From contig NZ_SODD01000005.1 in NCBI RefSeq assembly GCF_004365815.1, positions 1 to 32,000 on the forward strand: 32,000 bases of DNA, read 5' to 3'. The DNA comes from Breznakia blatticola (GTDB lineage Bacteria; Bacillota_I; Bacilli_A; Erysipelotrichales; Erysipelotrichaceae). This document shows positions 17,415 to 25,685 of the stretch, piece after piece; the stretch's first letter is position 1, and every line of letters starts with the position of its first letter. The position numbers were made by a program, and so were the translations under genes. The notes under the pieces are model-generated. The model did no database searches, was not told the origin of the DNA, and worked only from the letters and a program-made list of their open reading frames with translations.

Positions 17415-18641
17415 ATGGAAGAAATGAAAAGCAGAATTGAACAGATTAAAACCGATGCATCAAGTGTTCAGGAAAAGAAAGAAGCACTAATTCAACTTGG
17501 AAAACAAATGATCCAAGAAGAAAAAGGGCTTGTTGGTGAGGTGCAAGAAACTTTACACAACACTTGGGACGAACTTCAAGATGAAAATATCCCAGCTCAC
17601 ATCAATTTGCAATTGGAAAATGAATTCCGTCAAACGATGAAGAATTTAACGAAAGAAATTAATCGTAATGAATTTCAATTAGAAGGAAAACATGCAAAAG
17701 AAGAAATTCTTGAAAGCATGGAAGAACTTAGAAATTCAACTTCATGGAAAGACGTTATGGGTAAATTATATGCCTTAAAAGACAAATGGGCAGACTTACC
17801 ATATGCTGGTAAAGATGTAGATGCAGAACTATCAAGAAAATTTGATGAAGCATTCAATGAAATTATGTCAAAGAAAGATGAGTTCTTTGCTCGTCTAGAT
17901 GAAGCTAAAGATGAAGCGCGTGAGAAAAAACGTGCATTGATTGATCGTGCTAAAAAAGCTAGCCAATCAACACAATGGAAAGAAACTTCAAAAGAAATGA
18001 AGACTTTGATGGATGAATGGAAAACATCAGGAAATATCAACAAAGAAGAAAATGATCAACTTTGGGAAGAATTCAATGATGCACGCCAAGCATTCTATAA
18101 AGCACAAGCCGTTTTCTTTGAAGAACGCGATAAACAACAAGTAGAAGCAAAAGCGAAAAAAGAACAACTAGTAAGTGAAGCTCAAGCATTATCATTAAGT
18201 GAAGACTATAAAGAAACTTCACAAAAAATGAGGGATTTAATGGCAGAGTGGAAAGCCGCTGGATTTGCTGGAAAAGATGTCGATAATGAATTGTGGGATG
18301 CATTTTCAACCGCACGTAACACATTCTTTAAACGACAAGATGACTTCTATCAAGAGAAAAAAGGTCAATTTAGAAGCAAACTAGAGGATGGTATCAATCG
18401 ACGTAAAAAACAATTGGATGATTTAACTGCAATTAATCACGATCTTGAAGCGGAAATTGCGGAAATTCGTGCACAAGATGCTCCACTTGGTAACCAAGAC
18501 AATCGTTGGGAAATCATGAATGAAAGAAATCAACAAATCGATAAATTACAATCATATATTGATGAAAATTTAAGAAAAATTTCTGGAATTCGTGCAGAGC
18601 TTAACGACATGTTAAAGAAGATTGAGGACGTAAAAGAGTAG
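17415..18641 (+). CDS. DUF349 repeat protein
   Basis: At least three copies of the W-K-x-x-x-x-x-M-x-x-L-x-x-x-W-K/A ... D-x-E/L-W-x-x-F motif (SWKDVMGKLYALKDKWADL..., QWKETSKEMKTLMDEWKTSG..., DYKETSQKMRDLMAEWKAAG...), highly charged and helical. Lies 18 nt downstream of the NYN gene. Confidence 0.8.
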   Translation: MEEMKSRIEQIKTDASSVQEKKEALIQLGKQMIQEEKGLVGEVQETLHNTWDELQDENIPAHINLQLENEFRQTMKNLTKEINRNEFQLEGKHAKEEILESMEELRNSTSWKDVMGKLYALKDKWADLPYAGKDVDAELSRKFDEAFNEIMSKKDEFFARLDEAKDEAREKKRALIDRAKKASQSTQWKETSKEMKTLMDEWKTSGNINKEENDQLWEEFNDARQAFYKAQAVFFEERDKQQVEAKAKKEQLVSEAQALSLSEDYKETSQKMRDLMAEWKAAGFAGKDVDNELWDAFSTARNTFFKRQDDFYQEKKGQFRSKLEDGINRRKKQLDDLTAINHDLEAEIAEIRAQDAPLGNQDNRWEIMNERNQQIDKLQSYIDENLRKISGIRAELNDMLKKIEDVKE

Positions 18642-18666
18642 TTCATTATTGAACTATTCTTTTTTT
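18640..18666 (+). terminator. Putative terminator after the DUF349 gene
   Basis: Stem AGTTCA/TGAACT with loop TTAT, then ATTCTTTTTTT. Confidence 0.5.
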
Positions 18667-18733
18667 CAAAAAAACTTTTCAAAAAAGAAAGAATATATTA
18701 TATAATATAGTTGTAAAGTAGAGGAGATAACAT

Positions 18734-19162
18734 ATGAAAACAGTAGTAGTTATTGAGAAGATTGAAAATCAAATCAGTGCAATTCAAGCAAGTATTCAAA
18801 GAGCTATGAAATCTTACTATGCAGAAACAGGGTTAAGTAAGACACATACACTTGTACTTCGCGAAGTAAGAACATGTCAGCCAATTACGTTAAATGAGCT
18901 TTCAAGCAATTTATCTAAGGTACCAGCGAACATGTCAATTACCGTAAGTGAATTAGAAGACGATGGATACTTGGAGCGTGAGCGTTTTGTTGATGATCGA
19001 CGTGTGACGAAAATCAAATTAACTTCAAAGGGTGAAGAAGTGGTAAATCTTTATGATTCATATTTGGAGAAGAATCTTAAAGAAATGGTCGAAGATGAAA
19101 AAACACTGAAAGATATTCTGACAAAGCTCAACACAGTATACGAAAAAGTTAAAAAGTATTAA
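18734..19162 (+). CDS. MarR-family transcriptional regulator
   Basis: 142 aa. Winged HTH: THTLVLREVRTCQPITLNELSSNLSKVPANMSITVSELEDDGYLERERFVDDRRVTKIKLTSKG. Confidence 0.85.
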   Translation: MKTVVVIEKIENQISAIQASIQRAMKSYYAETGLSKTHTLVLREVRTCQPITLNELSSNLSKVPANMSITVSELEDDGYLERERFVDDRRVTKIKLTSKGEEVVNLYDSYLEKNLKEMVEDEKTLKDILTKLNTVYEKVKKY

Positions 19163-19332
19163 GAGAAAAGCTTGTATAAACATTATTGTAATACTTGATA
19201 AAATGGTTTATTATTAGGTTATGGATATATAACTATCCGTACTACTTACATTTATATTTCTGGTTAAAACCGCCCCTCCAAAACAGGTTTTAGCTAAGTA
19301 AATATAATGATGTGAGAACTTTTCTCTTTTGG

Positions 19333-19362
19333 GAAGACAGCAATGCTGTCTTTTCTTTTTTT
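19333..19362 (+). terminator. Intrinsic terminator upstream of tRNA-Trp
   Basis: Stem AAGACAGC (19334-19341) / GCTGTCTT (19345-19352), loop AAT, long T run. Confidence 0.8.
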
Positions 19363-19365
19363 ATA

Positions 19366-19394
19366 TTGAAATACCAAAATGAATATGCTATGAT
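19366..19394 (+). promoter_or_regulatory. Sigma-A-type promoter of tRNA-Trp
   Basis: TTGAAA (19366-19371), 17-nt spacer, TATGAT (19389-19394), about 20 nt before the tRNA 5' end. Confidence 0.6.
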
Positions 19395-19413
19395 TATCTA
19401 GCAGTAAAAACAT

Positions 19414-19487
19414 AGGGGCATGGTCCAATGGTATGATAACGGTCTCCAAAACCGCTGATGGGAGTTCGATTCTCTCTGCCCCTGCCA
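19414..19487 (+). tRNA. trnW: tRNA-Trp (anticodon CCA)
   Basis: Hand-folded cloverleaf: acceptor AGGGGCA/TGCCCCT, anticodon loop CTCCAAA, T-arm GGGAG-TTCGATT-CTCTC, encoded CCA end; 74 nt. Confidence 0.9.
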
Positions 19488-19499
19488 TGTAATAAATTT

Positions 19500-19528
19500 G
19501 TCGAAATCACAAGGTTTTGACTTTTTTT
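19500..19528 (+). terminator. Intrinsic terminator after tRNA-Trp
   Basis: Stem GTCGAAATC / GGTTTTGAC (two G-U pairs), loop ACAA, T7 run. Confidence 0.7.
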
Positions 19529-19553
19529 ATTTTCATGTATCATCTAAGAAATA

Positions 19554-19562
19554 TGATATAAT
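19554..19562 (+). promoter_or_regulatory. Extended -10 promoter of tRNA-Arg
   Basis: TGaTATAAT, about 15 nt upstream of the tRNA 5' end. Confidence 0.55.
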
Positions 19563-19577
19563 AAGTTACGGACTCAA

Positions 19578-19654
19578 GCGTTCGTGGCGCAGTTGGATAG
19601 CGCACTCGACTCCGACTCGAGAGGTCGCAGGTTCGAATCCTGTCGAGCGCACCA
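19578..19654 (+). tRNA. trnR: tRNA-Arg (anticodon CCG)
   Basis: Acceptor GCGTTCG/CGAGCGC (one G-U pair), D-stem GCGC/GCGC, anticodon stem CTCGA/TCGAG with loop CTCCGAC, T-arm GCAGG-TTCGAAT-CCTGT, encoded CCA; 77 nt. Confidence 0.9.
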
Positions 19655-19663
19655 TAGAGAATT

Positions 19664-19692
19664 AACATCAAACTATATGTTTGGTGTTTTTT
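19664..19692 (+). terminator. Intrinsic terminator after tRNA-Arg
   Basis: Stem AACATCAAAC / GTTTGGTGTT (one G-U pair), loop TATAT, T run. Confidence 0.75.
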
Positions 19693-19727
19693 AATATAGT
19701 CTTGCTTTTTAAGTATATATCACTTAC

Positions 19728-19815
19728 GATAGTGGTGCGGGGGGACTCTTCGGAGTTGAGAAGGTAAAACCTGACCCTTTGAACCTGTTGGTTAAGACCG
19801 ACGTAGGGAGCAATC
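19728..19815 (+). promoter_or_regulatory. TPP (THI-box) riboswitch aptamer
   Basis: GGTGCGGGG...GTTGAGAA...AACCTGACCCTTTGAACCTGTTGGTTAAGACCGACGTAGGGAG matches the conserved CUGAGA / ACCCUUUGAACCUGAUCUGGUUAAUACCAGCGUAGGGA core. It lies upstream of thiD-thiM-thiE. Candidate promoter: TTGCTT (19702-19707), 17-nt spacer, TACGAT (19725-19730). Boundaries are approximate. Confidence 0.85.
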
Positions 19816-19895
19816 AATACAAAGATAGTATTTGATAAGGACGCTCCATTTTTGAAGTGTCCTCTTTTTTTATCTATGATTTGTTGCTGCAACAC

Positions 19896-19926
19896 AAGGC
19901 TTCCGCATATGCGAAGTCTTTTTTTG
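19896..19926 (+). terminator. Riboswitch expression-platform terminator
   Basis: AAGGCTTCCGCAT / ATGCGAAGTCTT stem (one bulge, one G-U pair) followed by a T run. A weaker hairpin plus T run lies at about 19837-19872. Confidence 0.75.
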
Positions 19927-19975
19927 CGTATGCGATGTACTGTTGCTGATTGCCTACCAGATACAAGGAGGTAAG

Positions 19976-20821
19976 ATGAAAAACGTATTAAGTATAGCTG
20001 GTTCAGATTGTAGTGGTGGTGCTGGTATTCAAGCAGACTTGAAAACCTTTAGTGCCAACGGAGTGTTTGGAATGAGTGTAATTGTTTCGGTTGTAGCTGA
20101 GAACACAAACCGAGTTATTTCTATTGAAGATGTGAGTCCTAAAATGATTGGAGAACAAATGGATGCAGTATTTGAAGATATTGAGGTAGATGCTGTAAAG
20201 ATTGGAATGCTTTCTACACCAAAATGCATGGAAGTAGTAGTACGTAAGTTAGAACAGTATAAACCAAAACATATAGTTATTGATCCTGTAATGTATGCAA
20301 AGAATGGGTGTCCTTTGATGGAAGAAAGTTCATTAGATACACTTATTTCAAAAGTGCTTCCATTTGCAGAAGTACTTACACCAAACATTCCAGAAGCAGA
20401 AAAGATTACAGGAATGAAAATTCAAAGTGTTGATGATATGGAACAAGCAGCAAAAGCAATACTTACACTTGGATGTAAAGGCGTCATTATAAAAGGCGGT
20501 CATCGTGAGGGAAGTGCACTTGATGTATTGTATGATGGAGAAGTTTTTACGCATTTTGAAACTGAGCGAATTGCGACAAAACATACACATGGAACAGGGT
20601 GTACGTTTTCATCTGCAATTGCTGCACAGCTTGCAAAAGGTCGTTCGATTAGAGAAGCAACAAGTATTGCAAAAACGTATGTCATAACAGCCATTACACA
20701 TGGACTGAATATAGGAAAAGGTTGTGGTCCAACAAATCATTTCTATGCACTATATAAGAAAGCAGGATTGTTGAATCACGTAAATGAAATCGTTGAAGAA
20801 ATAGTGGAGGTAGCAAAATGA
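19976..20821 (+). CDS. thiD: Hydroxymethylpyrimidine/phosphomethylpyrimidine kinase
   Basis: VLSIAGSDCSGGAGIQADLKTF ... KIGML ... THGTGCTFSSAIAAQLAKG. AAGGAGG SD before ATG 19976. Confidence 0.9.
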   Translation: MKNVLSIAGSDCSGGAGIQADLKTFSANGVFGMSVIVSVVAENTNRVISIEDVSPKMIGEQMDAVFEDIEVDAVKIGMLSTPKCMEVVVRKLEQYKPKHIVIDPVMYAKNGCPLMEESSLDTLISKVLPFAEVLTPNIPEAEKITGMKIQSVDDMEQAAKAILTLGCKGVIIKGGHREGSALDVLYDGEVFTHFETERIATKHTHGTGCTFSSAIAAQLAKGRSIREATSIAKTYVITAITHGLNIGKGCGPTNHFYALYKKAGLLNHVNEIVEEIVEVAK

Positions 20822-21633
20822 TTCAGCAAATGCAGTTCGCATTAAAACAAGTACAACAAAAAAGACCATTGGTCCATCATCTAACAAATTATGTAACTGT
20901 GAATGATTGTGCCAATATTACATTAGCGATAGGTGGTTCGCCAGTTATGGCAGATGCAATTGAAGAAGTAAAAGATATGGCAAGTATGGCAAGTAGTGTG
21001 GTATTGAATATGGGAACAATAAACAAAAGAACACTTGCATCTATGATTACAGCAGGAAAAACAGCAAATCAAAAGGGAATACCTGTAGTATTTGATCCTG
21101 TAGGTGTAGGAGCAACAAGATATCGCAATGAGAGTGCGTTAGAAATTCTTTCAAAAGTTACATGTGATGTAATTCGTGGAAATGCATCAGAGCTATGTTT
21201 TTTACTTGAACGAAAATCAGAGACAAACGGAGTAGATGCTGCAATTAATGCTCAAGATTATGATATACAAACTATGGTTGTGAATTTGGCAAATACATTT
21301 CATTGTGTGGTTGCATGTACTGGTGCGATAGATATTATTAGTGATGGAAAGAAAGTGATTAAAATTTATAACGGACATAAACAAATGTCTGCAATTACTG
21401 GAACTGGTTGCATGTGTACAAGTTTAATTGGAGCATATTGTGGAGCAAACGATGATACTTTTATTGCGACGTGTAGTGCATTAATAAGTATGGGTATCGC
21501 AGGAGAACTTGCATATGAAAAAACCAAACAACAAGGACTTGGACATTTCCATATGGGGATACTTGATGAAATTGGTAAATTAGATGCACAAACAATAGCA
21601 CAAGAGGCAAAATACGATGAAACCGAATATTGA
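20818..21633 (+). CDS. thiM: Hydroxyethylthiazole kinase
   Basis: PLVHHLTNYVTVNDCANITLAIGGSPVMA ... VVFDPVGVGAT ... ITGTGCM. ATGA overlap with thiD. Confidence 0.9.
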   Translation: MIQQMQFALKQVQQKRPLVHHLTNYVTVNDCANITLAIGGSPVMADAIEEVKDMASMASSVVLNMGTINKRTLASMITAGKTANQKGIPVVFDPVGVGATRYRNESALEILSKVTCDVIRGNASELCFLLERKSETNGVDAAINAQDYDIQTMVVNLANTFHCVVACTGAIDIISDGKKVIKIYNGHKQMSAITGTGCMCTSLIGAYCGANDDTFIATCSALISMGIAGELAYEKTKQQGLGHFHMGILDEIGKLDAQTIAQEAKYDETEY

Positions 21634-22243
21634 TTATCGTATCTATCTTGTTACTGATCATCAAAGTTTAGGTGGTCGTGATCTATGTGAAGCAATCGAA
21701 CAAGCAATTCTTGGCGGATGTACACTTGTACAAATACGTGAAAAAAACAATCAAACAAAAGAATTCTATGATGAAGCAATCCAGGTAAAACGGATTTGTG
21801 ATCGATATAATATTCCTTTGATTGTAAATGATCGCATCGATATTGCACTAGCAATACAGGCAAGTGGTGTTCATGTTGGACAAAGTGATCTTCCAGCAAA
21901 TGTAGTTCGTAAAATTGTTGGTGATGATATGGTAATTGGTGTTTCAGTAACAAATCTTAAACAGGCGATACAAGCCAGGGAGGATGGAGCAGATTATCTT
22001 GGAGTTGGTGCGATGCATCCTACAGGTACGAAAAGTGATGCTACTCTTGTAAGCAAAGAGGAACTTGCTCGTATTAGAAGACATATCGATTTACCAATTG
22101 TTGTTATTGGTGGGATTGGTATGGATAATGCAAGAACATATGCTAATATGCATATCGATGGATTTGCTGTAGTTTCTGCGATACTAGGACAAAGTGATAT
22201 TCAACAAGCAACAGAAGGTTTAAGAAAAGTGTTTGTCGAATGA
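21617..22243 (+). CDS. thiE: Thiamine-phosphate synthase
   Basis: YLVTD ... VQIREK ... LIVNDRIDIALA ... GVHVGQSDL ... IGVS ... DYLGVG ... PIVVIGGI. Confidence 0.9.
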   Translation: MKPNIDYRIYLVTDHQSLGGRDLCEAIEQAILGGCTLVQIREKNNQTKEFYDEAIQVKRICDRYNIPLIVNDRIDIALAIQASGVHVGQSDLPANVVRKIVGDDMVIGVSVTNLKQAIQAREDGADYLGVGAMHPTGTKSDATLVSKEELARIRRHIDLPIVVIGGIGMDNARTYANMHIDGFAVVSAILGQSDIQQATEGLRKVFVE

Positions 22244-22656
22244 AAAAAGGGCTGTAACGAATACAGTCACAAAAAAATATATGTATGAATACACAATTAA
22301 GTGAGGCTCACCAATATACCTTTCCTCAGCTAGAAGAGTACACCAGGAAACAACATATCTTTTCGCAAGATTTATCAATCGAAATTGACATCCAACAACC
22401 ACTTAAAAGTTATATTTCATCGCTTGAAGTGATCGCGGATTACTGGTACTATTTTATAAATAAGCTACAGAGAGATTACTTTTCTTTTATGTAGCAAATA
22501 GAAATATAGAACGGCATGAGCCAAATTTATATTAGGTTGATTAAACGGAAGGAGGCATTGGTGATGGTAATTTTGATGTAACGGCAAGACCATTATAGAA
22601 AAATCGGTCTTATGTATATATAGAAAACAAAAACTTAAATAAACAGGAGGGCTATT

Positions 22657-23421
22657 ATGGCTTACTTTAATTATAAATCGCACAATATTTATTATGAGGA
22701 AATCGGAACTGGTACACCACTTTTAATGCTACATGGAAATACTGCTTCGTCTGTTATGTTTTCAGAAATTGCTGTGAAATACAGTGATAACTTCAAAGTG
22801 ATTTTAATAGATTTCCTAGGTCATGGTAAATCAGACCGACTTGCAGAATTTCCTGCTGACTTGTGGTTTGATGAAGCACAGCAGGTTATCGCTTTTCTTA
22901 AAGCGAAGGATTATAAAAACGTAAATGTTATTGGCAGTAGTGGTGGCGCATTAGTAGCTATCAATGTAGCCTTGGAAGCTCCCGAGCTTGTAACAAAAGT
23001 AGTGGCAGATAGCTTTGAAGGTGAAATACCTCTAAAAGAGTTTACAGCGAACGTTGTTGAGGACAGAGAACTTTCAAAGCATAATGAAAATGCGAAAATG
23101 TTCTACCAGCAGATGCAAGGGGATGGTTGGGAAAAAGTAGTAGACAACGATACACTTGCGATTGTTCGACATGAAAAAGAGATTGGAAAGTTTTTTCATA
23201 AGGATTTAGCTTTTTTTAAGCCTGATATTCTTATGACAGGCAGTAAACAAGATGAATTTGTCGGGAGTATTTCACCCACTTATTTTGAAAAAATTTACGG
23301 GGAAATGCTGTCTAAAATCGGGCATGGAACGATGCACTTATTTGAAACAGGTGGTCATCCTGCGATGATGTCAAATCAAGATGAATTTGTTTCAATAAGC
23401 AAAGCTTTCTTTGCAAAGTGA
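22657..23421 (+). CDS. Alpha/beta-fold hydrolase, substrate unknown
   Basis: HG oxyanion motif LLMLHGN, nucleophile elbow GSSGG (VNVIGSSGGALVA), acid in GSKQDEF, His in TGGHPAM. AGGAGG SD at 22645-22650. Confidence 0.8.
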   Translation: MAYFNYKSHNIYYEEIGTGTPLLMLHGNTASSVMFSEIAVKYSDNFKVILIDFLGHGKSDRLAEFPADLWFDEAQQVIAFLKAKDYKNVNVIGSSGGALVAINVALEAPELVTKVVADSFEGEIPLKEFTANVVEDRELSKHNENAKMFYQQMQGDGWEKVVDNDTLAIVRHEKEIGKFFHKDLAFFKPDILMTGSKQDEFVGSISPTYFEKIYGEMLSKIGHGTMHLFETGGHPAMMSNQDEFVSISKAFFAK

Positions 23422-23504
23422 GATGATGAGCAAAGACCATGTTCCACACTTAAAATCTCGCCTTTCTAGAGTATAAAAATAACCTTTTCCCTATGGTAGC
23501 AAAC

Positions 23505-23526
23505 ATGCCGCCGTAGGGCATTTTTA
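23505..23526 (+). terminator. Weak putative terminator after the hydrolase gene
   Basis: ATGCC / GGCAT stem, 7-nt loop, T5 run. Confidence 0.45.
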
Positions 23527-23556
23527 TCTAGCAATGTCCTGTGTCTTGCGTGACTA

Positions 23557-23760
23557 TTGTTCCCTCTGTTGCTGCTGCAAAATGCTAAAAACGCTCTTGC
23601 AAAGTTGCTTGGCGGTCAGCTTGACGTATTCTGCTTTCTACGCCATTCCATGCAGCGAAGAGGATTAAAAAACGCTAAAAAGGAAGTTCTCTTGGTTTGT
23701 CTTGGATACAATCTAAAAAAATATCATAATAAGAAGCATGGACCGAACATATTAAATTAA
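23557..23760 (+). pseudogene. C-terminal remnant of an IS (IS5/IS1182-like DDE) transposase
   Basis: The 67-aa ORF tail RRGLKNAKKEVLLVCLGYNLKKY resembles the conserved RGL-x-K-x(n)-NL-x-K C-terminus of these transposases. There is no catalytic domain or inverted repeats, and local GC is visibly higher than the surroundings. Confidence 0.45.
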
Positions 23761-23842
23761 TCATGTTCAATCAAAATCTACATAGATGTTTTCATAATGC
23801 CTTAATTCCAGATATTTAAGGTGTTTTTTGCATAAAAGTTAT

Positions 23843-23903
23843 AAAAAAAGAGGCTGATAAACCTCCATAAATCATAAACTAATCTATTTTGTTACAGCCT
23901 CTT
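23843..23903 (-). terminator. Putative terminator of the minus-strand membrane protein gene
   Basis: 9-bp stem AAGAGGCTG (23848-23856) / CAGCCTCTT (23895-23903) with a long, partly paired loop. The T run lies on the minus strand (A7 at 23843-23849). Confidence 0.5.
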
Positions 23904-23932
23904 TCATTTCAATTCACATTTACAAGCGGCTA

Positions 23933-24454
23933 CTATTTAGTAAGTGTATACACACAGTACAATAATAATAAAACAACAATACAAAGACCTAAAATGATAC
24001 AACTTAATATGACAATGTATGGTTTTTCATCATTTACGTCTTTTTCGGTTTTATGTACCTCTACGAGAGGAATGGAATTTCTTTGATCTAGAGTTTTTTG
24101 ACTCTCTACTTTTTCTATAGGCACTGTTTTCATTTTTGCAAATGCTATGTAGCAAAAAACTGTTTGTACCAATACAAACATAAAGTAAATAGGCATTAAA
24201 ACTATAGACACAGAATAAAGAATTCCTGCAGTTAATGCAAAAGCTCGTTTATTCATGAAAAGAGCCAAACCATTAAAAAGTACTGCAACTATAACAACTA
24301 CAAAGTGTGGGATAATTAGCATAAACCCTAGAGCGGTTCCAACCTCCTCCGCACTGTTTGAAGATGGTGATAAGCCAGTTAAGTAAAATACTTCATACAC
24401 AATATACACTACACTTAATACAAAAGATATCAGCAATAATCTATTCTTTTTCAT
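23933..24454 (-). CDS. Hypothetical multi-pass membrane protein
   Basis: Start moved to the ATG at 24454 (AGGGAGAG SD). About four N-terminal TMs, a charged linker and a C-terminal TM (YIVILSCIILGLCIVVLLLLYCV). No recognisable family motif. Confidence 0.6.
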   Translation of the reverse strand: MKKNRLLLISFVLSVVYIVYEVFYLTGLSPSSNSAEEVGTALGFMLIIPHFVVVIVAVLFNGLALFMNKRAFALTAGILYSVSIVLMPIYFMFVLVQTVFCYIAFAKMKTVPIEKVESQKTLDQRNSIPLVEVHKTEKDVNDEKPYIVILSCIILGLCIVVLLLLYCVYTLTK

Positions 24455-24749
24455 TATTCTCTCCCTACATTTTTTACACACAAATATTACTTTCATGAAT
24501 CTTAATAATTCAAATGATATAACTTATTATACTAAGAAATCGCTATAAACTGCATTAAAAACTACAAGTTAGGATCAAGTTTATTTATATAGAGATGAAA
24601 AAATATATTAATATGAAATGATAAAATCGCATTGTTTCGTGATAGTTAAAAATTTCACAAATTAGCTTCAGAGTATTTCATGTCCATAATTGATATGTTA
24701 TACTTTTTATAGAACATACAAAATAATGAATATGCAAAGGATGAATACA

Positions 24750-25685
24750 ATGAATATAAACACGATATTGTTGCGGTATGTTGTCGAAGTTGAGAAAAGT
24801 AAATCTATTTCAAAGGCTGCAGATAACTTATACATGGCACAACCAAATTTAAGTAAAGCAATTAAAGAACTTGAGGAAACTGTAGGGTTTCCAATCTTTG
24901 AACGCGGACCCAAAGGAACCATTCCAACGGACTTAGGAATAGAATTTATCGAGCAAGCACATAAAGTACTTGCACAAATTGATGCGATGGGAAATCTTGC
25001 TTCGGGGAAAAAAGAAGGAACGATTCACTTTGATGTGTCGATTCCTAGAGGAAGTTATATTTCTGAAGGTGTTCTTGATTTCGTGCGTGGTTTAGATTTT
25101 AAAGTACGCACCGAAGTATTATTCCAAGAGACAAATGCACTAAAGGCAATTCATAATGTATCTGAACATCGCTTTAATCTAGGTGTCATTCGTTATGAAA
25201 AGAAAAATGAATTGTATTTTAAAGACTACTTGTATGAACGTAATTTAAAAACGGAAACGCTTTGGGATTTCCAAGAAATTGTTTTAATGTCGAAACATCA
25301 TCCATTAGCAAATAAAGAAAAAATTGAACTTTCTGATCTTGAACCATATATTGAAATCGTATATGAAGATGAAGTATTACCATATTTTCATCAATTGAAG
25401 AAACGACGCGAACAACCAACGAGTAGCAAGTTATCGATATTTGAACGTTCGAGTCAATTTCAATTTCTTTCGACAGTGAGTGAATCATATACATTTGCTT
25501 CACCAATTCCAGAATACCTACTGGAACGTTATGATGTTGTACAACGCAAGGTATATGGAATTCGTGATACCTATAAAGATGTAATTATTTATCGTAAAGA
25601 TTATGAACTTAGTGATTTAGATAAAGATTTCATCAATAAGCTAGATCAAGCTAGAAATAATGTAGCTTTTCTAAAGTTAAAGTAA
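24750..25685 (+). CDS. LysR-family transcriptional regulator
   Basis: N-terminal HTH LRYVVEVEKSKSISKAADNLYMAQPNLSKAIKELEETVGFPIFER. The start among ATGs 24726/24732/24741/24750 is uncertain; 24750 has the best SD spacing. Confidence 0.85.
   Translation: MNINTILLRYVVEVEKSKSISKAADNLYMAQPNLSKAIKELEETVGFPIFERGPKGTIPTDLGIEFIEQAHKVLAQIDAMGNLASGKKEGTIHFDVSIPRGSYISEGVLDFVRGLDFKVRTEVLFQETNALKAIHNVSEHRFNLGVIRYEKKNELYFKDYLYERNLKTETLWDFQEIVLMSKHHPLANKEKIELSDLEPYIEIVYEDEVLPYFHQLKKRREQPTSSKLSIFERSSQFQFLSTVSESYTFASPIPEYLLERYDVVQRKVYGIRDTYKDVIIYRKDYELSDLDKDFINKLDQARNNVAFLKLK

Noticed and set aside
17675-18043. 122-aa minus-strand ORF inside the DUF349 gene, and similar antisense ORFs at 7971..8312, 20029..20388 and 28959..29360
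   Set aside because: All lie fully within well-supported + strand genes. They are stop-free antisense frames produced by codon bias (GAA/AAA/GAT-rich genes), with no SDs.
19294-19488. 64-aa minus-strand ORF
   Set aside because: It is the antisense of tRNA-Trp and its promoter, and is a shadow ORF.
19414-19654. tRNA-Trp / tRNA-Arg pair as an integration hotspot or tRNA array
   Set aside because: Each tRNA has its own promoter and terminator. No partial tRNA duplications (att-like repeats) were seen downstream, so this is an ordinary arrangement.
19668-19895. 75-aa minus-strand ORF
   Set aside because: It lies antisense to the TPP riboswitch and its expression platform. No SD; explained by the RNA element.
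22285-22494. 69-aa + strand ORF between thiE and the hydrolase leader
   Set aside because: The composition is protein-like, but there is no SD, no recognisable motif and no terminator of its own. It could be a gene remnant. Not supportable as a CDS from sequence alone.
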